A stretch of DNA of 63,943 bases, the filler included, from Octopus bimaculoides (taxonomy: Eukaryota): NCBI RefSeq assembly GCF_001194135.2. It is 7 parts of 7 records of this genome, joined end to end, with 100 filler letters (N's around TTAATTAATTAA, not from the genome) between each part and the next. Parts side by side here need not be neighbours in the genome. Positions count along the whole stretch, not along the records: positions 62,750 to 63,943 come from NC_068981.1; 6 more parts are not named here. The stretch is one strand, 5' to 3'. Positions 63,172-63,943 of the stretch are shown here, in pieces (position 1 is the first letter of the stretch; every line of letters starts with the position of its first letter). A program made the position numbers and the translations under genes. The notes below the pieces were generated by a model. The model was not told where the DNA came from, searched no databases, and was given only the letters and a program-made list of their open reading frames with translations.

Positions 63172-63943
63172 TAACAGAAAGAAAAGCTAAAAAAGGACAA
63201 AAGCACTCCATTCCATGTCTACTCATTTTGTCAGATTATTTGATATATATTCGAAAATCGCAAAGACATTACGCCGAAACTAAAACAGTTGTCACCAAAC
63301 TAAATATATATAAATAAAACACCGAACATAAAAAAAAAAACACATATATGCAGTAAAATAAATATATATAAAAGCATGATGTGTTAAACTAAACTAAAAT
63401 AAAAACAGCCGGCGTGGAATGGTGTCTCTATATATTCTATTTATATGGCTGCGATAATGTGGAGAGAATTTTAAGAGCAGCGACTATTGAAGACAGGCTT
63501 CGCTGGTGCTTGCCCCTTAATTAAACCCTGGGTCAAAAGGCCTATATATATATATATATATATATACGGATACTGGAGATCTAAGGAAGTCTCTTCTGTC
63601 TTACATATACATACAAACATACAACTACAAAATAGAATGGACATTAAAAGGCCGAATGAGATTCGTCCATTTATGCAGAAGCACATACCAGGAGCACACA
63701 TGCGCAAACGCACATTCGCGCACGCCTCGCGCACACAGACACACACACACAAACACACACATAGTGAGGGAGAGAGAAATGATTAATATATGCAACTGTA
63801 TGCACGCACACACCGATACACCTACTCATATGCACTTATATGCACACATATATATATATACACACTCACACACACGCACATGTATATACACACCTCTCTC
63901 TCTTTCTCTTCCTTTGTAAATGTGTATATATATATATATATAT

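Noticed and set aside
1-63943. CRISPR arrays, rRNA genes, operons or prokaryotic defence systems
   Set aside because: None seen; the spaced repeats are dispersed SINEs, and the sequence is eukaryotic repeat-rich DNA.

Overview
Repeat-saturated, gap-rich, AT-rich animal genomic DNA. The SINE families, the microsatellite load and the mix of LINEs point to an octopod cephalopod draft assembly; this is an inference from remembered repeat consensus and not a database match. No host protein-coding gene can be named with confidence, and nearly all long entries in the ORF track are microsatellite or N-run artefacts. Supported content: many tRNA-derived SINEs (families here called A, B, C, D); relics of RTE/RTEX, CR1-type, R4/Dong-type and Penelope-like retroelements; mariner, hAT (Charlie/Buster), Kolobok-like and Helitron DNA elements; two tRNA-like pseudogenes; and two candidate minimal hammerhead ribozymes of the Penelope type. 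The best leads are an intact Myb/SANT-like (trihelix-type) ORF at 46856-47272, the hammerheads at 6597-6678 and 49581-49628, a TIR element carrying an internal telomere-repeat palindrome at 13347-14194, a CR1 3' end that matches the tail of SINE family A, and an R4/Dong-like insertion inside a (TAA)n tract. I found no clear evidence of a wholly new multi-gene system.
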